From Callorhinchus milii (lineage: Eukaryota): 64,000 bases of DNA. Each line of letters begins with the position of its first letter. Position 1 is the stretch's first letter. Location: assembly GCF_018977255.1 (NCBI RefSeq), contig NW_024704772.1, forward strand, positions 2,232,001 to 2,296,000. The letters run 5' to 3'. Positions 49,781 to 61,914 of this stretch are shown piece by piece. A model generated the notes under the pieces. It did no database searches and was not told where the DNA came from. It was given only the letters and a program-made list of their open reading frames with translations. A program made the translations under genes and the position numbers.

Positions 49781-52236
49781 TCGCAATATTAAACTATATT
49801 TTAAGTGCTCTAATTTTGGGCTACTTTTATTTTGTCTCAGTCAAGGCTGATAATCCCTTCCGAAGTTCTGCTTCTTTAAAGTTTACCGCCTGTGACAAGT
49901 TTCGGACCAAATCCTTTTGCACTTTCAACAGTAAAAGTTTCATTGAACCTGTCACCGAATATTATTCCTTGCTTAAGGCCCCTAAAGGGTGAATCATTCA
50001 GCCACTGCTCAAAGAATGGTATCTAATTAAGTGTCACATTCCATAGATTGAGATAACAAATGTCTAAGTGTTCTCCCTACTCTTTGGTTTCCTTGAGATA
50101 AGTTTCCAGCGCTGTTCTTAACTTGTTTCTGTCCAGGCAATAGTCCTGCACAGGGGCACTAGATGAGGACTAGGCTCCAGGCGATGTATTACAATGGCAG
50201 AGTGATGCTAAGCAAGTAATTGCCTTATAGCGACAAGAAAAAAAAAGCCCTACATTATCGTAAGGTTTTAGGGCTTATGACTGGGGACGTTACAGTCTGT
50301 CTGATTTTCAAACACCTCTCTCGATAGGAACGTAAGTATTTCTTAGACGAAAGAAGACCAAGGTCCATCCGGTTCACCTTCCATGATCAAGACTGAGGCG
50401 GATGGATATTTGTTAGGTCAGGGTATCAAAGGATATAGGGTCAAGGGCGGGTAACTGGAGTTGAGGTACAGATCGGCCATGATCTTACAGAATGGCTCGA
50501 GGGGCTGAATGGCCTCCTCCTGATCCTGTCCTGGCAGTCGCAGGCATGCATCTGTCGTGTCCCAGACACTGTATCCCAAGATATTATTTCCCGAAAGAAA
50601 TCAATCTGAAATCAAGGGTGAAACGATCAACTCTTTCTGCTTCGCCCGTCTCCCCAGGGAGCCTCTTCCATACACGTACCCCTCGTTCACCCAAATAGTC
50701 TTTTGACTTTACCCCCAATTTACAGTCTATACATTCCCGTGAAAGCATTTTCAGATGTCCTCCTGACTCGAAGGATGCCATACCAAATGCAAGGATTATT
50801 ATTATTTTTACTGCTATTACCATTACAGGCTTCAAAAGCCTAACCACAACAGAGACTGACTGTCAAGCTACTTTGAATTGATTAAACTGACCCGAGTAGA
50901 CTGGAGACGAGAGGAATGCTTTTGATATAATTAAAGCAATTCAGGGAAATATTGTCCACACACTGAACCCAATGCCAAGGAGCCTTATGCCGAGAGTTTT
51001 AAAGTGTCCCGATCCGAATTGTCCCCTCCAATGATAATGTCACATCACGTTATCCGGATTGTGAATTGGTCTGAGGAATAATAAAATTTTTTTTTTAATG
51101 ATTTGGTCCAGTTTCAAGGGAAGGGAGAGCTTACCTCTGTGGACTGTGCGAAAACATCAGGCGTACCGGCACATCTGGAACTAAAGCAGAGGGTTACAAC
51201 ACGTCTGCAGTTGTGTGGTTCGTGTCCTACCTGGTTGTTAATTTGTGGAGTCTCGGAGCATAGTGGTTAGTTATTGCGCTCGTCTTGTTAGTCGATTGGT
51301 GAATTAACTGTATATTTTGTGGGCCCAACAGTCTCCCACAAACAGAGTGGATTGAGTGACCAAATTATGTATTTTTTTTGAAGGGATTATTGCCCCCGGA
51401 AAGCGATCCGCAGATCGACTAACAACCAGGTTCCTACTGATTGCTGGTAAACAGAGACGTGTGTGTGTGTGTGTGTGTGTGTGGGGGGTGGGGGGGGGTG
51501 GTGGGGTGGGTGGGGAGAGTAAGGAAACTTCCCTAAGGCTTCGCCCCGACCTGACCCGCCCGGGAATCGAACCCGGCTCCTCTGGCTTTGCGAGGCGAGC
51601 TCTCCGACCACCGAGCGGCCAGGGACTCCGAATCGTCTTTAACCGTCCGTCTTGAACAGCCGAGATGGGAGTTGGGATCAATGTCTATCCGGAGGATGGC
51701 ACCTCCAACGATTGCAACGAAGTCGTGGCACTGCAGCTGGAGTGTCAGTCTGGATTATGAGCTCCGGTGCTGTGTGTAGGTCTAGAACCCGCAACCTCTT
51801 CACCCAGAGGCGATAGTATGAGTGCGTACGTGCGAGGCATAGAGATGCGTCGCGATGTCAGGTTGGGTTGCGAGTCGTCTCTTATCCGCTCGGATCGGTT
51901 CCTCGCGACTCAAACGGACTGGGGAATTGGGTTCTGTTTTGGATGCCTGAATGGCTTCCGGTCACAGCCTCTGTTTGCTTGTAAACGGGATCAGATTGTG
52001 TGCGCGCGCGAGTGCGTGTGCGTGCGTGCGTGCGGGTGGGTGGGTGTGCGTCGGGGTGGGGTGGGGTGGCGAGGTAACGAAAACCGAGGAAGCGGTCTTC
52101 TTTTTCAATAACGTACAGGTTCAATCTTCCTTTGCGAGGCCAGTGCTCCGACCACTACACTTCGAGACTCCATTGTAACGCTTAACCCGTGGGATACGGA
52201 AAAGCCTCAAGAAAGTCGCCCTTTCTCAAGGTTGAT

Positions 52237-52720
52237 GCCACCGTCTCTCTGTCACCGTCTCTCTGTCACCGTCGCTCTGTCACCGTCGCTCTGTCTCTCT
52301 GTCACCGTCTCTCTGTCACCGTCTCTCTGTCACCGTCGCTCTGTCACCGTCGCTCTGTCTCTCTGTCACCGTCTCTCTGTCACCGTCTCTCTGTCACCGT
52401 CGCTCTGTCTCTCTGTCACCGTCTCTCTGTCACCGTCTCTCTGTCACCGTCGCTCTGTCTCTCTGTCACCGTCTCTCTGTCACCGTCGCTCTGTCTCTCT
52501 GTCACCGTCTCTCTGTCACCGTCTCTCTGTCACCGTCTCTCTGTCACCGTCGCTCTGTCTCTCTGTCACCGTCTCTCTGTCACCGTCGCTCTGTCTCTCT
52601 GTCACCGTCTCTCTGTCACCGTCGCTCTGTCACCGTCGCTCTGTCTCTCTGTCACCGTCTCTCTGTCACCGTCGCTCTGTCTCTCTGTCACTGTCTCTCC
52701 GTCTCTCTGTCTCTGTCTCT
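52237..52720. repeat. Minisatellite built from CTCTGTCACCGT / CGCTCTGTCT variants
   Basis: Direct tandem units are visible; they produce the artefactual SLSPSLCHR ORFs. Confidence 0.95.
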
Positions 52721-55129
52721 CTGGTCCTTCATTTCGTGTGTTTTTTACCCCTTCATTGTATCATCTCCGAAGCCGAACCCCCACACCGGTACACCTACCA
52801 GTTTACCTACAGCCTAACGTTTCCCGTCGCTCCCTCACTTACTGCAAAACTGCCAGTGTTCCGTATGTATTATTTAAACGGTGTTAATATTCAAAATCGG
52901 GTATTTATATTTTATTATTAAAAGTTAAATATGTATTATTATTATTTAAACAGCTTTTAAGTAGTGTACGGCATCAAAGTCTGAATATTAATCCACTGCT
53001 CACAACCGCCTTTTACCAGATATTATACTTTGAAAGTTTGAGAATTTAGTTTAATGCTAAAACTCTGTTATACCGTTTGTATTTACAGATATATATATAT
53101 ACATATCTATGCAGATTTTGCCCACAAAATACACGGTCAATTCACTTTATATGTATATTCTGCGAAGTGCTTTACAGATATATATATATATATACACAAT
53201 AATAAATATGTACATAGAACAATCCCTTAAAAACAAAAGAAACACAAATAATAGTCACTCGATCCACGACTGTTTGTGGCACAATTGGTCCCCGTACTCC
53301 GCCCGCGAAATATACAGTCAATTTGCTTTACGCTCTACCCTGCGAAGCGCTTTGAGACGTCTCGACGACGTGATAGGGCGCTATGTCAAATCCGAGGACT
53401 GTTGCTCAGAGTAATAATCATCGTCACCACTTGCACTTCGGACAGCGCCTCATCACGTCAGGAGAACGACCCGAAGTGCTTTAAATTGTGTTTAGGTTGT
53501 AACTCCCTCCCTCCCTCCTCTTCCTCCTCTCCCCCCCACCGCCCCCCACCCCCGGCTTTGGCATCGTCCTGTTCCGACACACCGTCAAGTGCTCCGTGAC
53601 TCCGCTCTGCGCGAGAGGCGCTGTATAAATAAACGCAAGTTGTTGTGGCGGTCGTCGTAATTGTACGAACGGAAAGGGAGGAGGTGGTGGAGGAGGAGGT
53701 GATGGAGGCTGCGAATTTGCACCAGAATAGATGCTTTTTTTTTTTTTTTTTTCGTGTGCGTGTGTGTGTTTGCTCGATAAGAATTCCGTGCTCTTTCGCC
53801 ACGTTGTAGGTCGAGCTCATTAAAATATCCGTGCCCTCCGGACGTCGCCTGCGAGTTGCGTTTGTTTTACATCTGATTTTTCTTGGCTGCACACAGCCAA
53901 AAACCCTTTGCAAAGCATGCCTGAGTGCGTGCCGTGGCGTGTTGTGTCATTGCCTCTGGTCAGAGAAAGAATTGAGATGTTTGTGTGCCAGAGAGCGAGA
54001 GGGAGAGAGAGAGAGAGAGATTGAACGAGAGAGAACAAGAGATAGAGATAGAGAGAGAGAGAGAGAGACGCGGAGAAAATGGGGAGATTGTCAGATGGAA
54101 TCTAACGCGTGTTGTTTGAAATGAATCCGTATGTGTCAAGCAACTCATAAATTATGAAGCCACTCTTCTCGAAAGGCTACCTTGGCCTCGGAGACAGGGA
54201 GCGGACGTCTTGGGTTGCGTTCGAGATCCTCGTCCGCACCTTTGAGGCCACCCATGGCCTCGCCCCCTCCGAACCCCTCTGACCTGCCCGCTCCCTACCA
54301 ACCCCCTGCCCGCTCCCTCCGCTCATCGGGCTCCGTTCTGCTCCATCTCTCCCGCCCGACCCGCCCTACCGTCGGTGGCCGGGCTTTCAGCCTCTCTGGG
54401 ACTCCATCCCACGGTCCCTTGGCCTCGCTTCAAGGCCGATCTCAAGACCCTCCTCTTCGACCGTGTCTTCGATCTCCCTCCCACCTCTCTGCCTTCCCTC
54501 ACCCCCACTCATCCATGCTCGGGGCCCGACCCCTGACTGTCCACCGCTCGAAGAGGAAGGTCTTCAGGCCCGACCTGAAAATGGGGAAGGAAGGGGGGAA
54601 GAGAGAGGCGGAGAGGGAGAGAGGGAGGGAGTTTCCAGAGTTTCGGGGCGAAGTGGCTGAAAGTGCGGCCACCGACGGTGGAACGGAGGGCACGAGGGGC
54701 TTCGCCTTTTGTCGTTACGTCTCTCTTTTTAAGATACATATATCTCCCCCTCACTTCTCTTTCTATCTTTCTTTCCCTCCTTGTCACGGGGGGTCCCGCG
54801 GCTCAGAGGTGCAACCCTCTCGCCTCGTCAGCGAGGGGACCCAGGTTCGATTCCCACACTGCCGTGCGCCCGCAACAACACGCAGTCCATTCACTTTACG
54901 GTATACTCCGGGAAGCGCTTTGAGACGTCTCAACTCTATATCGGGTGCAAGGATTATTATTATTATTATTAATATTCTCTCACACTCCCTCCTCCCAATC
55001 TCCATCCTTTTCTCACTTCTGCCCTTTCCCTCTCTCTCTCTCTCTCTCTTTCTCTCTCTTCCCTCCCTCCCTTTCTCTCTCTCTCTCTCTCTCTCGCTCT
55101 CTGGCTCTCTCGCTCTGCGCGCGTGTGTG

Positions 55130-55233
55130 TCCCTCGACTTCATAGCCCAAATCTCCCTCCTCCTTGTAGCCCAGAGAGTGGTTTCCGGGAATACTTTGTG
55201 GACATTTTTTTCTCTCTCTCTCCCTCTCTCTTC

Positions 55234-55277
<44 letters not shown>

Positions 55278-55660
55278 CTTTTGATGTACGCACTTGGACA
55301 GGCTGACCCCTCCGATCATGCCACTGTTTGTCGAAAACACGCAACTTTTGTAAGACACAAGGCGTTGACTCGAAGTGACAAGCCTGCCACAAATGTTCCA
55401 AGTGATCTTTTCAGGCAGCCTAGCGTACATGATACCTCTCGACTCCTGCAGCCCCAATCTGGGGAATTAAGTTCAAAGTTGACATTAATGTTAAGAACAA
55501 ATGTCACAAAGACTCATCTCCCCCTTTCCGTACCTTCCAGAAGTTATTTATTCATACGCGCTTCGTACTTAGAGGCAGTCTCGCACGACCAGTGTTGTAG
55601 AGCGAAGATTATCTCCACAGGACTATCTACCTTATCCCGCACGGCTTCAGGCTAAGTATG
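55130..55660 (+). promoter_or_regulatory. Pax6 neuroretina enhancer (NRE/alpha)-like conserved non-coding element
   Basis: 55372-55432 GAAGTGACAAGCCTGCCACAA..TGATCTTTTCA..AGCCT..CATGA closely resembles my recollection of the Pax6 intron-4 alpha enhancer core. AAGTTGACATT (55476-55486) resembles exon alpha. It is an island of unique sequence among repeats. Confidence 0.6.
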
Positions 55661-56549
55661 ACTATCTCTCGTTATATTTTTTCGAGGGGTGGGGAAGGGG
55701 GAGAGGAGAGAGGAGAGAGGAGAGGGGGTAAATCATTTGTACACGTATATCTGATGTATATTTTTTTAAATAAAAGCAAATAATATCGAGTTATTTCAAA
55801 AGGAGACGTGATCGAACCACCTTTACGCCGCCCGCCCGCCCGCCCGCCCGCCCCCACCACCACCTGCGCCGCCGAAAAAAAAGTAATTGCGATTTAGACG
55901 TCACCCATAAAAGCCGTCTGTCAATCGCAAGTTGCGACGGAGAGTAAAATGACGGAGTGAGAACCTGTGTTTGTTTTCGGTTATCATTGAAAGGTTCGTA
56001 AAATATTTGGGTCAACTGCGCGAGGGGTAGAGAAGCTATTGCCCACAAAGTACGCAGTCAATTTACTGCGAAGCACTTTGAGACGTCTCTGGAAAATGTG
56101 ATGTCAAATGAGAGGATTGTTGTTAATATTATTATTAATATTATTATTATTATTATTGTTGTGCGCTCTCTCTCTCTCTCTTCAAGTCTTCCTGAAGTCT
56201 TCCGTCTTGTAGCACGGAAATGTTAGGTTTGTAAATTTTTTGGGGGGGTGGTGGGGTGGGGGTGGGGGGGGTGGTGGGTGTGGGGGGGGAACACGGTGAG
56301 CGAGGAGAATCGTATTGATTATTATTTATCCCTCTTCGTTTGCGGCACGATGGCAAATTTGAGATGAATCTTATACATTATTGTAGATGATACANNNNNN
56401 NNNNNNNNNNNNNNNNNNNNNNNNNNNNNNNNNNNNNNNNNNNNNNNNNNNNNNNNNNNNNNNNNNNNNNNNNNNNNNNNNNNNNNNNNNNNNNNNNNNN
56501 NNNNNNNNNNNNNNNNNNNNNNGTAGCCCTTTATATAACGTCTGAGCAT

Positions 56550-56624
56550 TTTGACAATGGTTCGCTGTCGGCTCCAAGTTGTCCTCTCAATGCGGAGGCA
56601 GCGGAGGGCTTGAGTCCTGCACAG
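56550..56624 (+). pseudogene. Possible degenerate paired-box remnant (PAX6 exon 5 homologue)
   Basis: FDNG-SLSAPSCPLNAEAAE-GLSPAQ versus [27 protein letters not shown]. It ends at a phase-0 CAG|gtacgt donor and sits at the collinear position. The 5' part may lie in the adjacent assembly gap. Confidence 0.35.
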
Positions 56625-56688
56625 GTACGTGACTTTTGAAAGGATAGTGAACTATATCAAATGCAAAGGATTATTATCATTACCATCA

Positions 56689-56719
<31 letters not shown>

Positions 56720-58403
56720 TCCGATATTTTTATTTGCCCCGGTGTCCCGGAACCCACCCCGGACCCTTATTCCAATAAGAATAATTTCCTTGCATTTTCA
56801 CTCCACGTTGCGCTTTGCCACGTCGCTCGAGATGTCTCCAAGGACGTCCCGTGAAGTGGAGTGACTGTGTATTTTGTGGGAAGAAACACGGCGGCCAATG
56901 GCCCGCAGAAAACAGCCGCGGATCGGAGCGATCGAGAGAGAGAGAGAGAGAGAGAGAGAGTGAGAGAGACCAGTTTTATTCGGGTACAGATCTCGGTCTT
57001 GATCCCGTATTGTTTCTGATCCCAACTAAATCCCGACGCCTACTTATTTAGCTCCCGACGGATTGGGATTCACAAGCCAGGAGGGGAAGGAAGCTTCTGC
57101 GTTGGAACGTTGATCAGCTTTTATTTTTATTATTGGGACGCCGAGAGAGCGAGAAAAGCCGGTCTTACAGCTCGGGCGACGGTTTTAATAGGAATTTATT
57201 CTTGAACAGCAGTAATAATAATCCTCGTGTTTGATGCAGCGCCTTATCGCGTCCCCGAGACGTCTCAAAGCGCTTCACCGACCGTCAAGTGGGATTGACT
57301 GTATTTTTTTTGTGGGCGAAAAATAGGGATATTATCTTTTGTGGCTGTTGTAGTTATTCCGAGAGGCGGTGGGATCATTAACTGGTACTTTTGAACTGGA
57401 ATTCTTTGGAAGTTGATGGGAACGTTGCTTTGTAATAGTTTTTTATTGATCCCGAGAGCACATTGTTTTAATAACTCTTATCAATCGTTGGGGTTCAGGC
57501 TGTGGGGATGTCAAGTCTCAATGCTTTTCAGTACGTTCTGTGCAGTATATTTATTTTGCGTTGTTCTAGATATTCGGGGGAATAGTTTTACGTGAAGTAA
57601 AATTGTACTGTCTATTTTTCTTTTTTTTAATGCGCAAAAAAAATCAGCGTTTTAGAAATAATAGCATTCGGGAACCGCCCTTAAGGTTCCGCATCGATAA
57701 TTATTATTATAATAATCATTGCATTTGATACAGCGCCTTATTATCATGCGGTTGAGACGTCTCAAAGCGCTTCACGGGATACACTGTCAGATTAATGGCA
57801 CTTTCTCACCTGTTTCGCCTCAATTTACTGTATAGTGACGTCCGTGAGGCTCTTTGCGACGTCTCGAAGACGTGATCAGGCGCTATGTCAATCGCGAGGA
57901 TCATTATTTTTATTCTTCTTATTATTCTACCTTGAGCTGCTGCGTTTCCCTAACAAACAAAACAGTCACTACACGCTCGATCGCAATTGCTTGCCCTGAC
58001 ATTGCCTGACCCACCCGTGTATTTTGCGGGAGAAACATACCAAGCGGAAACACGCAGTTGATTTTTTTTTAACCAATGACTGGAACGGCAACGGAGGCGG
58101 TGATTTTTTTCTGGAGCGAAAAAAAACGCGCAGAGGGGAAAAATAATGGGGGGGGGTCGTTGTGTGGAACAGACGCCCCCCCCCCCACCCCCCCTCGTTC
58201 ACGACAAAAACAACGCACGCTAACTGTTGACTAACTGCTTGACCAAAACGGACTCGATGTGTTAAAACCCACTCGGTCACGGTTTAAAAATGGACAAGTA
58301 AAATCCTCGGTTACTTCACACGCGCACACGCACACGCACACGCACACGCGCACGCACGCAGTCGCTAGGCTTCACAGTAAAATCCTGCGCAGCGCCGTGT
58401 GAG

Positions 58404-58712
58404 ATAATAATAATAATAATCCTTGCATTTGATATAGCGCTTTTCACGTCGGGAGAACGTCCCAAAGCGCTTCACAGAACACACTGTAAAGTGAATTGAC
58501 TGTATATTTGTGGGCGAACGCGGCAGCCAATTGCGCACAGCAATGTCCCAAACAGTCGTAGATTGAAAATGACCAATTTATTATTGTTTTGTTTTGGAGG
58601 GATTATTATTAGGCTCTATGTGGAGTAAGGAAACTTGCCCGAGGTTTCGCCCTCTGCCTGGGATTGAGCTCAGGTCTCTCACTCGCAAAGCGAGTGCTCT
58701 AACCACTGAGCT
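58404..58712 (-). mobile_element. Near full-length SINE, same subfamily as 46749-47071
   Basis: Its reverse complement is nearly identical to the 46749 copy and includes the (AAT)n tail. Confidence 0.85.
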
Positions 58713-60189
58713 CCGATGTCTCGACGGCGTGAGAAGGCGCTGTGTGAAATGCGAGGATTATTATTATTATTTATCACCCAATAGAGGTTTTCAGCACGGA
58801 AAGCAAGCCACCAGCCCGGCCGGTCTGTGCCACTGTTCCCTATTTCTCTACGTCCACCTTTTTTTTTCCCCCATCCGTCCGTCTCAATCTTTCGCCGTCC
58901 TCGGAAGCAAACCATTTTTTTTCCCCAACTGCAGCTCTCTCTCTCCTGGAAAAGGCTGTGCGCGGATGCCGGATCCGGTCGGGTTTTCAAGACCGAGGTG
59001 GACGGGTGTTTTTGTTAGGTCGAGGTATTTCGCCGGCAAATATCCGGTCAATTCGCTTTACGGTCTGTGCTGTGTGAAGCGCTTTGAGACGTCGAGAAGA
59101 CGTGAAAAGAAAGCGCTCTATCACATGAAGGATCGTTACTGTTATATTATGACGGGGAGAGGGTCCCAGAGCACTCGTATGGGGCAAAGGCGGGTGATTG
59201 GAGTCGAGGTTCCGATCGGCCACGACCGAATAAAATGGCAGGAACAGGCTCGAGGGGCTGAATGGCCTCCTCCTGTTCCTATATTCCTAATCCCGCACCT
59301 CCTAAGCCTCTTGACAGGTGCAAAACCTTGTGGAATTCTTGCAAGTAGACGGATTCCTCTGGACAATCCTGTCTAACCCAAAGATTTGCAATAACTTTTG
59401 ACCCCTCACTCTCGTTGGGCGACTGATTATAGCCTCTTGAGTTAAACATTGATAGCATCCTAAATAAATGCTTACCACGCCACGTCCTTGAGCATTTTCC
59501 TTCCTACGAGGGTTGGCCTAACCGCACTAAAGCACTCTGTCCAGAAATACATTGAAGATTTCAAGTAGGAAAAGGTTTCCCTCTGTCTTGGCCAACAATT
59601 CTCCTCAATTCCCCCCCCTCCCCACCGTGGATTAAAACAAAACTGCTCATTTATGTACTCATAATAATAATAATAATAATATGGCTATTTATGGGACATT
59701 GCTGTGTGCAAATTGTGTTTGACTACACATATGCAGCCCCAACACTTTCCAGAGACGAGCGAGAAACTCTCTTGAGTAGTTTTATTGTAACAAGGCATGA
59801 CGTCAAACACAATTGATATCAATATTTTATTATAATGATTTTTTTATTATTATTATTATTACATTTTATCATTTGATTTCAAACACCCAAAGTGACCCAC
59901 TCCCCACTGAGCCATTCAGCGACAACAATCCTCGCATTCGATACGGCGCCTTATCACGTCTTCGAGACGTCGCAAAGCGCTTCACCGGATATACCGTCGA
60001 GTGAACTGACTGTATGTTTTGTGGACGAAACACGGCAGCCAATTGCGTCCCACAAACAGCCGTGGGTTGAGTGACCAAATTGTTATATATTGGAGGGATT
60101 TTGCGCACATTTGAGGCTCGTGGTTTGATCGGGAAGGAATGAGCTGACTTCCGTTCTCGTGAGGAATCCATCTCTATATGAGAACGTTG

Positions 60190-60700
60190 TAAGACTAAGG
60201 GAATACCCACCTACATTGGGTTGATCGACGTCCGCAAGCCTTTTAACCTAATGCCTCATGAGATCCTTGTGATGAAAGTGGAAACCTTGGGAATACGTGG
60301 CCAAATCTTGGATTTTATCTGGAAAATGTGTTGAGGACGTGGATGGAGCAGCTGAGGTGGTTTCGGCATTGGACTTGGACCTCGAGAACATCAAGGTGGC
60401 TGGCACGTTACAAGCTGTCCTGTAAAGGTCCTCCCACCAGACTGAAGGCAGAGGTCCATCAGATAACCAATGAGGAAACTCTGAGGCTTGGGGCAACAGC
60501 TGCTGGAAGGGGTTACCTGGTGTCTTGAGATCATGAACGTGTGCTCGTACATCCAGCGTCAGGAATCCACCTGGATTGGCCTGTAGAGAGGCCAGCAGCT
60601 CCTCCTTAAACTCCGCACCTCCAACTGGGAAACCATTGCTCAATGGGAAGGGATGTGCGTTCCTTTGAGCTGTAGGAAGGAACGAAGATGGTGTCACACT
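60190..60700 (+). mobile_element. Degenerate LINE reverse-transcriptase fragment
   Basis: Translates TYIGLIDVRKPFNLMPHEILVMKVETLGIRGQILDFI, matching the RT motif D-x-x-KAFD-x-VPH-x-x-L-x-x-KL-x-x-x-GI-x-G. Confidence 0.7.
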
Positions 60701-61367
60701 GAGCTGTATCGGCCATCAGAATCCCTCCGCCTTTCCCCACCCCCTTCCACCCCCCTCTGTCAGATCGCGACTGGATGGTTCCTTCTTTGACCGTGTCTAC
60801 GGTCACCTCCTCCCTTTCCCCCCCCCCACTCTCCAATCTGAGGGGGACAGATTCAGTCGTGACGTGACTGGTCAAATTAACACTTCCCGTCTCCCATTTT
60901 ACTCTTAACCAACTCAACGGACCCATCTGGGTCTTTAAGACGCCGTCCGTTTCTTTTCTTTTCTTCTCCCATCGCTCTCTCTCTCTCTCTCTTTGACTGA
61001 GTGCTGTCAAAGTTCCACCTCTCTGTTGTCCTGTCAAACCTTCCGATCGTTTTATTTGTGCTTGATCGGTTTTTACATGACTCCCCGGACTCATTATTTT
61101 TTTATTGCTTGCGCATTTCAGAAATAATTCTTTGCAACCTCCGCCTCGCTCGCTCCTGAGTGCTTTTCCAAGTCCTCGCAATCTTTTTTTCTCCTTCACC
61201 CCCCACCGCCGCCGCCGCCGCCGCCGCCGCCGCTCACAGGGATTCAGGGCTCTTCCGCATTCTTTTAAAACGTTCGGTTTGTTCAAAAAAAAAACGGTTC
61301 CCCTTTTAATCGTCCGTTTTACGTCCGATTCTCTCCTGTAGACCTCTCCCTCCTCGAGCCCCAACTT

Positions 61368-61457
61368 TGTTTGTCTAAAGTTTTCCCGACAAATTACGAC
61401 GCCTCTGATCCAACTGCGATGGCCATTGGAGTCCAAACGTTGTTGGCGGTCCCCGGT
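61368..61457 (+). pseudogene. Degenerate paired-box remnant (PAX6 exon 6 homologue)
   Basis: Translates CLSKVFPTNYDASDPTAMAIG, which aligns without gaps to PAX6 [21 protein letters not shown] (7 identities in 21, plus conservative changes). A SINE interrupts it at ~61460. Confidence 0.6.
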
Positions 61458-61914
61458 GGAGTTCCCGATAGCTCAGTGGTTAGAGCTCTCGCCCCACAAG
61501 CGAGAGGACCCGGATTTGGTTCCCAAAGGGGGCAAAACCTGAGCGAAGTTTCCTTACTCCACACACACGCCTCTGTGGTCACTCTCAGTTGAATTAAATG
61601 CCGGACCATTCGCCTCCCGAGGAGAAAGCCGACGTTTCTAATTTCTCTTGGAATGTTTCCTTCACGCGCGTCTTCCCACTCCGGGGCCTTAGACCCCGCG
61701 GTGTCTGCCGTGGGCTCGAGCCGTGTCTCTGCGCGAATAACTTAACGGGTGCAAAACCAGGATGAAATGTTCTTTATTGGGGGCGCGAGTCATCGCGGAG
61801 CGAAAACCGCGTCTCGCAAACAAACCGCTTGCGCGTTCTTCGCCGAACGCGAGTTCCCGGAACCGTCAGAGGTGTGGAGACGTCCCTCACCCCATCGCTG
61901 TAACTCCCCTGACG

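Noticed and set aside
52189-52921. ~230 aa repetitive ORFs; superficially CRISPR-like array
   Set aside because: A simple minisatellite with no unique spacers, in a eukaryotic context.
54182-55306. 374 aa ORF
   Set aside because: A chance read-through of two opposed L2 fragments, a SINE and (CT)n.
58594-61436. 260 aa (+) and 276 aa (-) ORFs
   Set aside because: Mosaics of SINE, CR1 and simple repeats with no recognisable protein similarity or splice support.
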